From Octopus sinensis (lineage: Eukaryota), in contig NC_042998.1 of NCBI RefSeq assembly GCF_006345805.1, forward strand, positions 134,602,001-134,666,000: a DNA stretch of 64,000 nucleotides, read 5' to 3'. Under the pieces are notes generated by a model that was not told the origin of the DNA, did not search any database, and saw nothing but the letters and a program-made list of their open reading frames with translations. Of this stretch, positions 10,396 to 21,974 are shown one piece after another (positions within the stretch are counted from its first letter, which is position 1; every line of letters starts with the position of its first letter). The position numbers were made by a program, and so were the translations under genes.

Positions 10396-12600
10396 TGTCC
10401 TATCAAATCACCCAAAACTTACCCTAAATATATAATCACAGACATTTCTATCAGAATCTCCCTCTTATCTGCAAGTGAAGAAATTTTTAGCAGTCATGCC
10501 CTGTATTGTAATCAGCTCTCCAAATAAGTGGCTTCCATGAAAAGATCTCCTATATCCCCAATTCCAAGCTTAAAACTAAGATTGCATATCTCTTTCCTGT
10601 TACTAACCCTGAACCACACACCTTTCTTCTACTCAACATCAATCTACCATCTCTCAAAGAAACTTCCTCCACATCACACTCCACAGCTCCATTGGCCACT
10701 TGGAACCTATAATAACTATAAGCCTTCCTGTCTAGATCTTCTCACTATAACCATACACTCTAAACATTCTAAGGTCAGGAAGTTTGCACCACCCTTCCCT
10801 GTCCAAGTTAAATCTCTACCTAAACTTTTCTTTAAATTCCGAAACTCTACTGCCCATCATAGCATCAATACTACCCTAACTTTAATATATCATCAGTTAA
10901 AATCTCCTACTATACCACACCTAATTTGGGATCCATAATTGCCTCCTGTAACAGATGCAAACTACAACACCAGTCCTTGGAACCCACAATTTCTCACCTT
11001 AAATTAACCCACCTAGTGGCAACAAGACGACCTCAGTAACCATAAAGATACCAGACTCAAGGCATCTTCCCACAATTCTACCCATGTGATCACATATACT
11101 AGCAGTGATACCCCTTCCCAATCCAATATTGATGCAGATTGTACTTCAGGTTCTCCTCACTAATAATGGACCACCTCCCCTGTGGTAAACTCCAACTGCA
11201 GAGCAGGTAGGAAAACTTGCAATTGAGTTTCTCAACTATGCCCTCTTGGAGGTTTCTATCTGCATAAAAATGTAGTCTACAAGTGCCATATTATAACACC
11301 ACACTCCTACCAAGCAAGGGTCTATATTGGCGGTACTGTTGATTTCAAGTGCTGATACCATGCACACATGAACTCTTTCTCCAATCCAGATTCTAAATTA
11401 TTTACCTCCTTAACAACTTACATACACAACCTTAAATCTCATAATATTCTCTGTATCCTATCCTGGGCCATCATAAGTGAGGCTTCTCCATACAATGCAA
11501 CCATCAGTACATGTAAATTATATTTAAGAGAATCACTAACCATCCTTCACCACCACAACTCCTCATTACTTTATATATTCCCAGAAGTAATACTGTCTTG
11601 TAAACACAGGTTCTACTCACCATTTTCACATTTTATTAAATCTATGTAATCACATAACTATAAGTATCCTTACTCAAAATTAACCTTGAGTACAAGGTCA
11701 GCCTAGCAACTTACTACCTCTCAACTAATACTACTCTCCTTATTAAACAATCCTTTCTTATTGCAAATTCTTCTAACCCACTACATCCCACCTTCTTCAC
11801 AAGTGGTCTCCTCTCATTTTCCCTCCTCAACCAAAAGCACTTAGTACTACCCCACTCATTTGGATATTAACTTGTCAACCCCTCCCCCTCTCTGTTCAGT
11901 TCCTTTTATTCAGTTTCATGCACCTCTGCATACCAATGTACTCCAACCCACATTCATTATCCCACCAACCACTGCTGTCTTGACCACCAACTCATCTCCC
12001 ACTCTGTCCACCACCTTTATCTTCTGTCATACCTTTCTACATACCTTAGCAATATCCCTCTGTCACTAAGACCTTACTTCCCTCAAATAATTGCCATTCC
12101 TTTTCTCACTGTCTCAACCTATAGCTTTCACCCCTACACTTTAATAAACTCAACACAATATACTACCATTCATATACTATCTACCTCATCCTCCTATTCA
12201 CCTTCCTACTCCTATCTCTACTACTACACCCTTACTAGCCTCATTATTAACCTCTCACTCTTCTTGAACTATCTTTTCTCCTCTCACCATTCCCTGTCTT
12301 AATACTCCCAGTCTCCCCTCTAATACACTTAGCTCATCACATTTAATCATTCCATGTTTAAACTTCTCTGCATTAAGATCTGAAATATAAGATCTTCTAT
12401 ACCCTGATGATGGAAGCTTGTCTCATCCAATGTTTTAACATACAGCTGCATTTTGTGATGGACTAAACCTACCAATATTATTATGGATTGCTAAGCCCCC
12501 CCAGAAACAGTTGTTGGACTTATAATACCTTTCTTCCACCCTTTAAATTTCTCTGTCACTTGTACTCTGTGTAAGTTAGACCTATTTATATAAATATATA
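10385..12600 (+). mobile_element. Degenerate Penelope-like element (Naiad/Neptune-type): RT thumb, GIY-YIG endonuclease and pyrimidine-rich 3' region
   Basis: INVLSNHP and ISIRISLLSASEEIF (RT thumb). CPLGG..KNVVYKC..RVYIGGTVDFK..HMNSF..TSLTTYIHNLK..W.II..PYN..CKL.LRE..SCKH at about 11240-11610 (GIY-YIG). A hammerhead-like motif lies near the 3' end. Confidence 0.8.
12400..12520 (+). ncRNA. Degenerate type I hammerhead-ribozyme-like motif of the PLE 3' terminus
   Basis: CTGATGA at 12404-12410, stem II base TGG/CCA with a ~90-nt insert, then GAAAC at 12504 and near-palindromic AACAGTTGTT. Confidence 0.45.
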
Positions 12601-12921
12601 TATATATATTTATACATATAAATTCATCGTTCATCATCAGAAAGTTTCCACCTTTTGCTTTCCCTTGTTTTGCATGTATACATATATACATATTTTGTAT
12701 TTGATATACTTAGTATATTTAATATATTTGATGTGTCTAATTTGCTTATTTCCATAATTGCTTTTATACACTTATATCCTTTCTTAACCTTGTGGAATGA
12801 TCCCCTGTAAAGACATCAGAGTTTAAGTTTGAATCTTTTGAGCACTACTAAGTGTCTTCTATACACAGAATATCTGAATTTCATATGTGAAATATATATA
12901 TATATATATATATACATGTGT

Positions 12922-12967
<46 letters not shown>

Positions 12968-13029
12968 TTAGAACACTTAGAAAAGTTTCAGCCACAATTG
13001 GCTCAGGTTATAGCTAACTTAACTGCACC

Positions 13030-13640
13030 ACTTGGAAAAGATATTTAATGATGTTTCATATTATAGTCATTCTTTAGACACCATATCCTATTCAAATATA
13101 GATTTATTCCTTACACAATTATATTTGGGTGTAGGTGGTTTATCTGGAATTTGTTGGAGATATTCATCCAGGAACTGTTTGGATATTATGAAATCTTTTT
13201 CTTCTTTTATGTATCTTGGCAAGATGTTAAAGAGAGCAAGGCTAATTGAGATGAACTAGTTCTTAGTGTTGTGATATGATGCAAGGATTAAACCGGGGAC
13301 CAAGTCTTTGGTGAATTTTAAAGTTGTTCACAACGTCATTTGGGCAATGTTGTCGGAATATTTTCCACAGCATACAAATGATATGGCATTTGCAGCGTTG
13401 TTGGAAGGAATCAAGTTTGAATTTCTCGTGGTAATCCCAATAATCAAGGTCTATCATATCAATTTTTCTTGTGATTTGATCTCTGGTGCACTTCAATTTA
13501 AATATTTTGTTCATATAGGGAGACTACAGTGAACAAGATTATCCAAGGTGAGAATGAGTGAAGGTGGCGAGAAGGGTAATGGTTGGGGATCAAGGAATAT
13601 GCCATGTGAGCCATGTCGACTTTGTTGTTAAAGTGGGTAT
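13030..13640 (-). mobile_element. 3' fragment of a CR1/L2-group LINE
   Basis: ITRKI..LDYWD..KL.S.QQR...ML WKI and LFNILPRYIKE..FLDEYLQQIPDKP are typical CR1-group C-terminal motifs. Confidence 0.7.
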
Positions 13641-14046
13641 TCCAGAATATAACTTCTACCACCCTCCTCTACATTAACATACATATCATTTATCCCCCCT
13701 CTCTTTCACTCTCACTATATATATCACTGGATCTCTTCAGACGTATTGATTATTTATTTTGCTTCTGCCAGCGGTTAGAATACACAAAAGAAACGGTAAT
13801 TCTTAAAGTTTTTCTTTTAATCAACTTACGGTCGTACCACTCTCTTTATCCTTGTATATAATCGTTTTATTTATATTAACTTGAATAACAAGACGGGCAG
13901 GCGATAAAGTAATATCGTTTATATAGAGAGTTTACAAGCATATGGAAATGACAAAGTTGAAATACAAACATTAATCGATAGTGTCAAATCAATGTTAATG
14001 TATACGATGTAAAATATTCATAACAATACCTCTTTGTACATTTTCA

Positions 14047-14898
14047 TTATTTATATTAAAACATAACACTCTGAACATTCTGTGAATCAACTGCCAGTTA
14101 AATAGGTTCATGACATTAGTTGAATTAGCTCTGTGGTAGAACTAATTTGAATATCAACACCTCGTTTTCTATACGTTATTTGGTAAACGTATGAGTGCTT
14201 AAATGTTTTCACAGCTCTTTCAATAACCTAATGGAATTATAAATCAGTTCGAATTTTATTTCTATTTGAATGATATTTAACCCGAATCCGCTGAAGTCGA
14301 CTTTGCCTTTCATCCTTTCGGGGTCGATTAAATAAGTACCAGTTACGCACTGGGGTCGATATAACCAACTTAATCCGTGTGTTTGTCCTCTCTGTGTTTA
14401 GCCCCTTGTGGGTAGTAAAGAAATAGATATTTAACCCGAGTTTAGATCAGGGCGAACTAATTCATGATCAAAGATGTCTTTGTTATCTGTATCCTGTCAT
14501 TTAGCGAGTACCTAGGACTGCATTAACTAATTTAGCCCTTTTTTATTTGAGGGAAAATTCACTGCTATCTCTAGCAGTTTAGGCGATCACGTACAAACTC
14601 TTTTGGTTTCACTGATTAGCTTAGAAAAGTAAGAACGCATTTACTTCAAGGTCCAACAACAATAAATAAATCCTATTGCTGTTTAAAGGCTCCTGTAGCT
14701 CTTGAAATAAACGGGATATTTTCTGTTTGAGGAACTGCATATTATGCTACATTTCTCCTTTTGGAACCCTCCGTAAACCAATGTCATCCTGTAATTATGG
14801 TTTATATTACGTTGTGCATATTTTCTTTATGTTTCTGCAAAAACATCACAGAGCTAGGTATCAACTGAAATCAAAAAGATTAAAGGAGCTAGACTGAA
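14047..14898 (+). repeat. Local duplication, copy 1 (paired with 17731-18948)
   Basis: Co-linear high identity, for example AATAGGTTCATGACATTAGTTGAATTAG and GAGGAACTGCATATTATGCTACATTTCTCC in both copies. Confidence 0.92.
14286..14425 (+). mobile_element. 5'-truncated SINE family A with 14-bp TSD
   Basis: TSD GATATTTAACCCGA at 14272-14285 and 14426-14439. The empty site is present in duplicate copy 2 at about 17965. Confidence 0.9.
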
Positions 14899-15199
14899 GA
14901 AAGTTTTGGACAGATACGAGAAAAGTTCAAAACAAAGAATTTTATAGGGAGAGATAAGAAATGGAGGAAGTTGAGAGGAGTATTAACGGGCAGGTGGACT
15001 GAGAGACATATAAGAACACAAAAATGCACATGGAAGGAACATACATGAAGTGGTGTGGGGATGGAAAGGAGAAAAATATTGCACCAAAAGATTATACAGA
15101 AAAATGAGGAAAACAATTAGACGTTAGAAAAAACACGGTAAATTAGACAAAACTTGATATAAACGGAAAAAAAATTGATCCTTCTTCTTGTGTTAATTA

Positions 15200-15330
15200 A
15201 ACCTTGTAAATGGTTTTGAACTCGCATTGACATGGCCGCAAAGCGTTTTGCGGAGTTCAGAAGCGGAAGCAAGAAGCTGAACAGAAGACTCACACAAAGC
15301 ACGAACAAGAAATGTGAATAGGCTTTCGAC
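15200..15330 (-). promoter_or_regulatory. Candidate promoter/first exon of a minus-strand gene
   Basis: Unique CpG-containing patch with ETS-like GCGGAAGC and a minus-strand GCGGCCATG, near the edge of the CpG-depleted left arm. Inference only. Confidence 0.3.
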
Positions 15331-16221
15331 TTGACTCAGAAGACATGTAAATAGTCATACGTCCCAGACAAGACAAAAGTGTGCAAAAATCATTGTCAAA
15401 ACAGACTGAGGAGCTACAATGTATGAAATGAACGATACAAGACTCTAAGTTCGTATGCTGTTGCAAGAAGAATCTGACGTTTTCAGATTGTCATTTCGCT
15501 CGAGGGATAAAATTCACACAAAGGGACAAACTCGAACTTCCAAAATCCTCTTCACTCCATAACCTATGAAATTCACTATATTTTATTGACAATGCAGGCC
15601 ACCAGCAGTTTCTGGATTTTCTTTAAAGAATATAAATGCTTTTTAAACACGACGTGGAATTTATTTCTTCGCTAGTTCAAAAAATATCTAAACTCTTGTC
15701 TTTTGTTCTCGCTTAAATTTTCATAGATTTCACATTAATTTAGCCATATCTTTGTTGCTTTGTTTAAGTGTAAATTGTGTATGCGTGTGTGTGTGCGTTT
15801 TTTTCTCTTTTCTCTTAACATATGAAGGAAGGGTTTGTGCCCATTCACGATGCAGTTGATGTTCATATCGAATAATTTGTAAATTAACAAGGCAAAACAT
15901 GGAAAGCAAGATTAACTTCGAATTTTCGTTAAGAGGGTTTGTACTTGTGGTGAGATATAACAACGAAAATATCTTCTTTTTTTATAACAAGTTACAAGTA
16001 GTTGTTCAGTTTAGGGATATTAAAAAGTAAATAAAATTAAAGGGGAGATAACTAGTAAAGGGATATGAATAAGTCAATTTACTGTTACACAACATAAATA
16101 CTGTTCTATATTTAAGAAATGAGGAATTATGTACGTTATTTGCATTTGTCCTGAATAATAATAATAATGATAATAATAATAATAACATCGAAAAATATCT
16201 AAGGTTCGAAATTTCCCCAAG

Positions 16222-16265
16222 ACACCTGATGAAGGCTAGAGGGTATATCAGCCGAAATGTTGTGT
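16222..16265 (+). ncRNA. Minimal type I hammerhead ribozyme motif in a Penelope-derived terminal fragment (~16185-16320)
   Basis: ACAC-CTGATGA-A-GGCT..AGCC-GAAA-TGTT-GTGT: stem I ACAC/GTGT, stem II GGCT/AGCC, and stem III AATGTT (AACGTT palindrome with a CpG mutation). Confidence 0.7.
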
Positions 16266-17730
16266 TAACAACAAACAAGATGAGGACAAATATCCGCCAA
16301 ATGTAAATAATGAACATAAATACTGGATATAGCAACCAAAAAGTGAACAAATGTCGTTTTCTTCTCTATGGAATTGCGTCATATGAATTCGTGTAAATAG
16401 GACACAAACAATTCAGCTGATGTTCCAAATTGACGTCGTAGTTTCCGTTTCACACACATCCTCATATTTTCAATATTTTGTGTGTGAACGTCCCTATTTG
16501 AAGAATAAACGAAATTGTCTTCATATGCAATCACTTCGTGAGTGTACACACTATTTAGGCTTTACTAATAATCTCTTAATTTTTATTTACTTTTTAATAT
16601 CCCTAAACTGAACAATTACCCAAGTTACATAATTTTCGGTAGCTTAAAACATAACTAGATTTTGGTGGTGGAGTACGGCGTATACTTTAAACATTGTTGG
16701 TAAAACCTAGATTACAATTAGTCGATCAATGTTTAAACTACAGGCGAACATAAATAAACAATTGACACGTAAAACATTTACATTATTGAATTCTTTTACT
16801 CTTTAATATTTTCATTGTAGAATCCTTTCTTCAGAGTGTCAGAGTGAATGCCTTATGGTATTTATTTCTACTTCCATTCTTCGAGTTCAAATGCTACCGA
16901 GGCCAGTTTCATAAAAATAAATCTAGGGCTGTGGAGTGACAAAATTGTAAGAACGTTGGAATGAATATCGTATTTGTCTCGGCTCTCTGCATTCTGAGTT
17001 CAAATTCTGCTATGGTCTATTTGGGTGGTAGACTTAAACCATTGCCCAGTAAACATCATTTGACCCCATGGATACCTTTAGCGGAAAATTTTTCTGTTGC
17101 TAACATTCGAACAAGGTCTCCAGTTTGAGGATACTTTCTTCCTCCTTCTCTTCCAACAATCTCAGATGCCATGTAAAGGGTATTAAATATTGCTTTTCCT
17201 CTTGTATAAAAGCTACAAGAAAATCATTTAAATTACTCAAACTTGATGAAAATTGTGATAAAGCACAATTAATTTAGTCCTTAATGTTCAGCTGTATAAA
17301 TCAAGGTCGTATTGTTTAACAGATTTGGATGTTTGAAATGTTTTATAACAATGGAAAGAAAAAACTACTTGACATGCAAATTATAGGAGTGCGAAGATAT
17401 GAATATTAGTTGCTCTACAAGGGTTCCTCTTGAAGTCAAATTTGTAATGAATGAATAGCATGTAAAAACTTCACTTAATTATCAAGATATATTACAGTTA
17501 ATCGTTCTCGTGACTGTATTACAGGTCAATAAAACTAGGAGTTCTGACGAAAAATATTTTTAAAAAGCCTTTTAGTGTAATGAGTGGTAGTTGGGATGAA
17601 TTTTAAGTGGTCTGGTTGGAAGAATGTATAATCAACGCCATTACATAACTTTGATAACTGAGATGTATCCTTTGTATACATGTGTGTGCGTGAGTGTATG
17701 TGTAAATGTATATATAATACATATTATATA

Positions 17731-18948
17731 TTTATATTATAACATAACACTCTGATCATTCTGTGAATCGCCTGTTAAATAGGTTCATGACATTAGTTGA
17801 ATTAGTTCTGTCGTAGAACTAATTTGAATATCAACACTTTGTTTTCTATGTTTTTTTTTGTTTTTTTTTTGTTTTTTTGTAAACGTATGAGTGTTTAAAT
17901 ATTCTCACAGCTCTTTCAATAACCTAATGGAATAATAAATCAGTTCGAATTTTATTCCTATTTTAATATTTAACCCGAGTTTAGATCAGGGCGAGCTTAA
18001 TCCATGATCAAAGATGTCTTTGTTATCTGTATCCTGTCATTTAGCGGGTACCTAGGACTGCATTAACTAATTTAGTCCTTTTTTTTATTTGAGGGACAAT
18101 TCACTACTATCTCTAGCAGTTTAGGCGATCACGTACAAACTCTTTTAGGCAAGACCCCCCCCACACACACACACAAAAAAACCCCCACCCTTAAATTTTT
18201 TTTTTTCGGTTACGGGGAATGCAAATCTGCAAAAATATTGGCAAAAATCGACATTTCTACATTACCTCCCCCACCCCCATTTCCTTCATTTTTAACTTTT
18301 TTCACAATTTTTTTTTAAAATATGCGGAAAAATACGGACATCATGTTTCGGACAAAAATTTCAAAACATTTCTGTACTTACGGTTACGGTTTTAGGGTTA
18401 TGGTTAGGGTTAGGGTTTTAGGGTTAGGATTTTAGAGTTAGGGTTTTAGGGTTAGCGTTGGGGAAAAAAGTAAAAATTGAAGAAGTTGGAGGGAAAGTAG
18501 GAGGAAATTTTCACAATGCCGATTTTTGGCAATTTTCCGGAACCTCCATATTCGAAAACGGGGATTTTTGGCAAAAAAAAAAAAAAAAATTACAAAAATA
18601 AACAATTTTGGGAGAAAATGGAGGGGGGGGGGGGCGAAAGTCTTTCCTACTTTTGGTTTCACTGATTATCTTAGAAAAGTAAGAACGGATTTACTTCAAG
18701 GTCCAACAATACTAAATAAATCCTATTGCTGTTTAAGGGCTCCCGTACCTCTTGAAATAAACGGGATGTTTTCTGTTTGAGGAACTGCATATTATGCTAC
18801 ATTTCTCCTTTTGGAACCCTCCATAAACCAATGTCATCCTGTAATTATGGTTTATATTACGATGTGCATATTTTCTTTATGTTTCTGCAAAAATATCACA
18901 GAGCTAGGTATCTACTGAAATCAAAAAGATTAAAGGAGCTACACTGAA
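17731..18948 (+). repeat. Local duplication, copy 2 (lacks the SINE, carries a MITE)
   Basis: Aligns by eye with 14047-14898. Confidence 0.92.
18146..18649. mobile_element. Non-autonomous DNA transposon with TAG..CTA termini, 4-bp TSD (CTTT) and internal TTAGGG-like repeats
   Basis: Termini TAGGCAAGAC and GTCTTTCCTA with poly-C/poly-G subtermini. The empty site AAACTCTTTTGGTTTC is in copy 1 at about 14595. Confidence 0.8.
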
Positions 18949-19099
18949 GGTCATGAACCTATTAAAGGAGCTAGACTATATATATACACGTGTATGCATA
19001 TGTGTGTGTATCATGACATACATACATACATACATGCATATATATGGAGGAATGGATAGATGAATGATGCGTTAAAGTGTAGTATGTACTGCAATTAAT

Positions 19100-19380
19100 G
19101 AAGGCGCTTGACCCAGTGGTTAGGGCACTGCACTAATGAGAGTAAAATCGTAGTTTCGATTCCTGAGACTGAATGATGCGTTGTGTTTTGGACCAAAACA
19201 CTTCATTACACGTTATTCTACTTCACTTAACTGTAAATGGATTCCAAAATTTTCCGGAAAGCTAACCCTGCGACTGCTCGGCGTCTCGTTCAGTGGAAAA
19301 TGTGATCTTAGTCACTTTTACGTCATGGAAACCTGGTAAGACCTCGACTTTATGAATCCTAGGGTTTATGATTGACCTTG
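19100..19380 (+). mobile_element. Old tRNA-derived SINE
   Basis: CAGTGGTTAGGGCA..GTTTCGATTCC head similar to the element at 37021. Confidence 0.55.
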
Positions 19381-19681
19381 GCTAAGTATATACTGCAGTT
19401 TAAATAGGTTATATGACTTCTAATGCTACAAAACTACCCCTACACGCTTTTAAAGGAGAAAAGTGTATTTCGTTAAGTTTCATACAGTTTCATGAAGAAA
19501 AACTGAACTCCGAAAATTTCCAGAACGAATTTGTCAGGCAAGGCAGAAGAGATTAATAGGTGTATTTAGAAAATCGTTATTGTCTCGATGGTCCTGTGGG
19601 TAAAGACATACAGACACAGCAACACATATACACCTTGGACAAAGGATCAATCTTGGCCTGTACTGATTGTGTTTATTTAAT

Positions 19682-20099
19682 GGGGTGGTGAGCTGGCAGA
19701 TTCGTTAGCACGTCAGGCGAAAGTTTTAGTGTATTTCTTCCGATTCATTACGTTCTGAGATCAAATTTCGACGACATCGACTTATCCTTCGAGGACGATA
19801 AAATAAATTATTGGTCAACGTTATCGACTAACGTTATTCATCGAACGAAATTGCCGGCCTTGTACCAAAATTTTAAATGGCAGAAACGTTAGCACGCCGG
19901 GCGAAATGCGTAGCTGTATTTCATCTGCCGTTACGTTCTGAGTTCAAATTCCGCCGAGGTCGACTTTGCCTTTCATCCTTTCGGGGTCGATAAATTAATT
20001 ACCAGTTACGCATTGGGGTCGATATAATCGACTTAATCCGTTTGTCTGTCCTTGTTTGTCCTCTATTTGCTTATCCCCTTGTGGGTAGTAAAGAAATAG
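19682..20099 (+). mobile_element. Two tandem SINE family A copies (old 19682-19875, young 19877-20099)
   Basis: Same head, central domain and tail as 297-528. Confidence 0.85.
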
Positions 20100-20876
20100 G
20101 TATTTTTAGAAAATTGATGATAGGTTGTTTTGAATTGTCTTTTTTATAGTAAAATGTTTGGAAAAGGTATAAATCGTAGGAAGTGTACATTTAGGTTTCT
20201 TTTAACTGAAAGTCTCTAAGAAGTTTCTTTAAATCTAAAGTAGTGCATTAATAGCTTTAATTTTAAACTGGACTGTGATATTCCTATATTTTTTTCCTTT
20301 GTGTTAAATATATGCCTTCAAAGAAAAAGAAATATAATACTGACATGTTTATTTAAAAAAATCAAATTGTTATTCTTCGTAAACCAATAAGCTACTGGGC
20401 GGAAGAAAAGATTTATTTCTCGTCTGTAAATAGAATAGGTCTACACTTCTTTAAAACTAGTTCTACAAAAGGGAGTAAGGGATATGGTTGGCCTAGAACC
20501 GTTACAAAGAGCATTACTCCCCAGTTTGCGAAAATATATTATCTGGAGAGAAATACAAAGTTATTTTTAACAAAGTAATTTTCCTGCCCATATTCCAAAA
20601 GGAATAAAAAAAATATTGGGAGGAAGAATTCTGAATATTTTGTCTAGACCAGATCAGATACCATATTTTAAATCCTACAAAGAATATTTGGACATATAGT
20701 GGGAAAAACTTGGAAGAAAATTTGCAAATTCTGAAAGGTGTGAAATGTAAATAGGACAATATCATTTTTTCTTGGTACAAAAATATTCCTGAAAAGACTA
20801 ATTAACGTAAAAAGGGCTAATGGACATATGTATTTGGTTTTATTTCTGAGTCTCAAGAAAAAAAAATTATATATAT

Positions 20877-21777
20877 TGATACGGGGTCATTCGGAAAAAA
20901 AAGTGCTATGACCCAGTTTTGTGGTTTGGTGCCAGCTTGACTAGGGAGACAGGTTATGGGCCTTTGTCCTGTCAATTTCTAGAGAAATTAATGAGTTTGG
21001 AAGAGACATCTGACCCTTTCCGGTCAGGGAAAGTTTAAGAAAAAAATAAATCTGCTACCCTTTAAAATACGGCGAGCTGGGAGTTTGTTGGTCAGTTGGC
21101 AACAGAATCAGTTGGCGAGAGGGTCGATGCAGAGATGACAGTTGGCAAGTGGCGAGAAAGACAGGCAGATAGTATTGAGGACATGCCAATAGAAAGGAAC
21201 TGAGAGAGATTACGGCGAGAAGGCGTAGATTGTTGTAGTAGGATCTGAAATTGTTGTTGATGTGCGTTGAAAAAAAGAACTGAAAAAAAAAAGAATTGTG
21301 TCAAAAAAAAAAGAGAAGGAAAAGAGGAAGAAAAGAAGGGAAAAGAACATTATGAATTGTGTTAAAGAGAAAAAGAAAGAAAGAGAAAGACTTTGATTGG
21401 AACTGTTTCGAACTGTTTTGCGTTGAACATTAATGTTTTGACTGTTTTCGGACGTTCTGTATCGTGCATGCCTTTGTTGTTTTTCTTTTTAATTCTGTTG
21501 CATGTTATTTTCTTTAATGTATCTGATATGTATTACGTTTTATTTTATGTTGTAATAATTTTATAAACTGTTGTTAAACGTAAGCTACTGCCTTCCGCCG
21601 TGTCTCTCTCTTCCTATTGTTGTTGTTGTTATCTCCGGTCACCGGTTCGAGTTCGCTGACATCTCCCACCACCGTTTTCTCTGTGTGGCGGATTCCGTTT
21701 GACTGAGCCTGGTCATTTGTCATCGCTCGACTTAGTAGGGTCCCGGGTTCGAGTTGAGCGACGGCAGGTTCGTAACA
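20877..21777 (+). mobile_element. Solo LTR (901 bp), probably Gypsy-type
   Basis: TG..CA termini with the imperfect inverted repeat TGATACG/CGTAACA and a 4-bp TSD ATAT (20873-20876 and 21778-21781). No internal coding sequence. Confidence 0.7.
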
Positions 21778-21974
21778 ATATATATTATATATTATATTAA
21801 TTATATTTATATTATTTGTTATTTATGTATTGGTTTATGTATATCATTGTTTGAGTTGCCTAATAGTGGTTTTATCTCTAATTCATATTTTATGTATTTA
21901 TACTGTGAAATTTGATTTAATACTAAATCTAATTTTTCCCTGTAAGTTTGGAGCCATACTCCCTAATATTATAT

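Noticed and set aside
11353-11355. In-frame TGA in the Penelope GIY-YIG domain as possible selenocysteine (some Naiads encode selenoproteins)
   Set aside because: It falls at the conserved Arg of FKxRY, so CGA-to-TGA CpG decay is the simpler explanation. The element is otherwise degenerate and no SECIS was identified.
18381-18455. True telomere or chromosome-fusion site
   Set aside because: A short degenerate array enclosed within a MITE whose empty site is visible in the paralogous copy.
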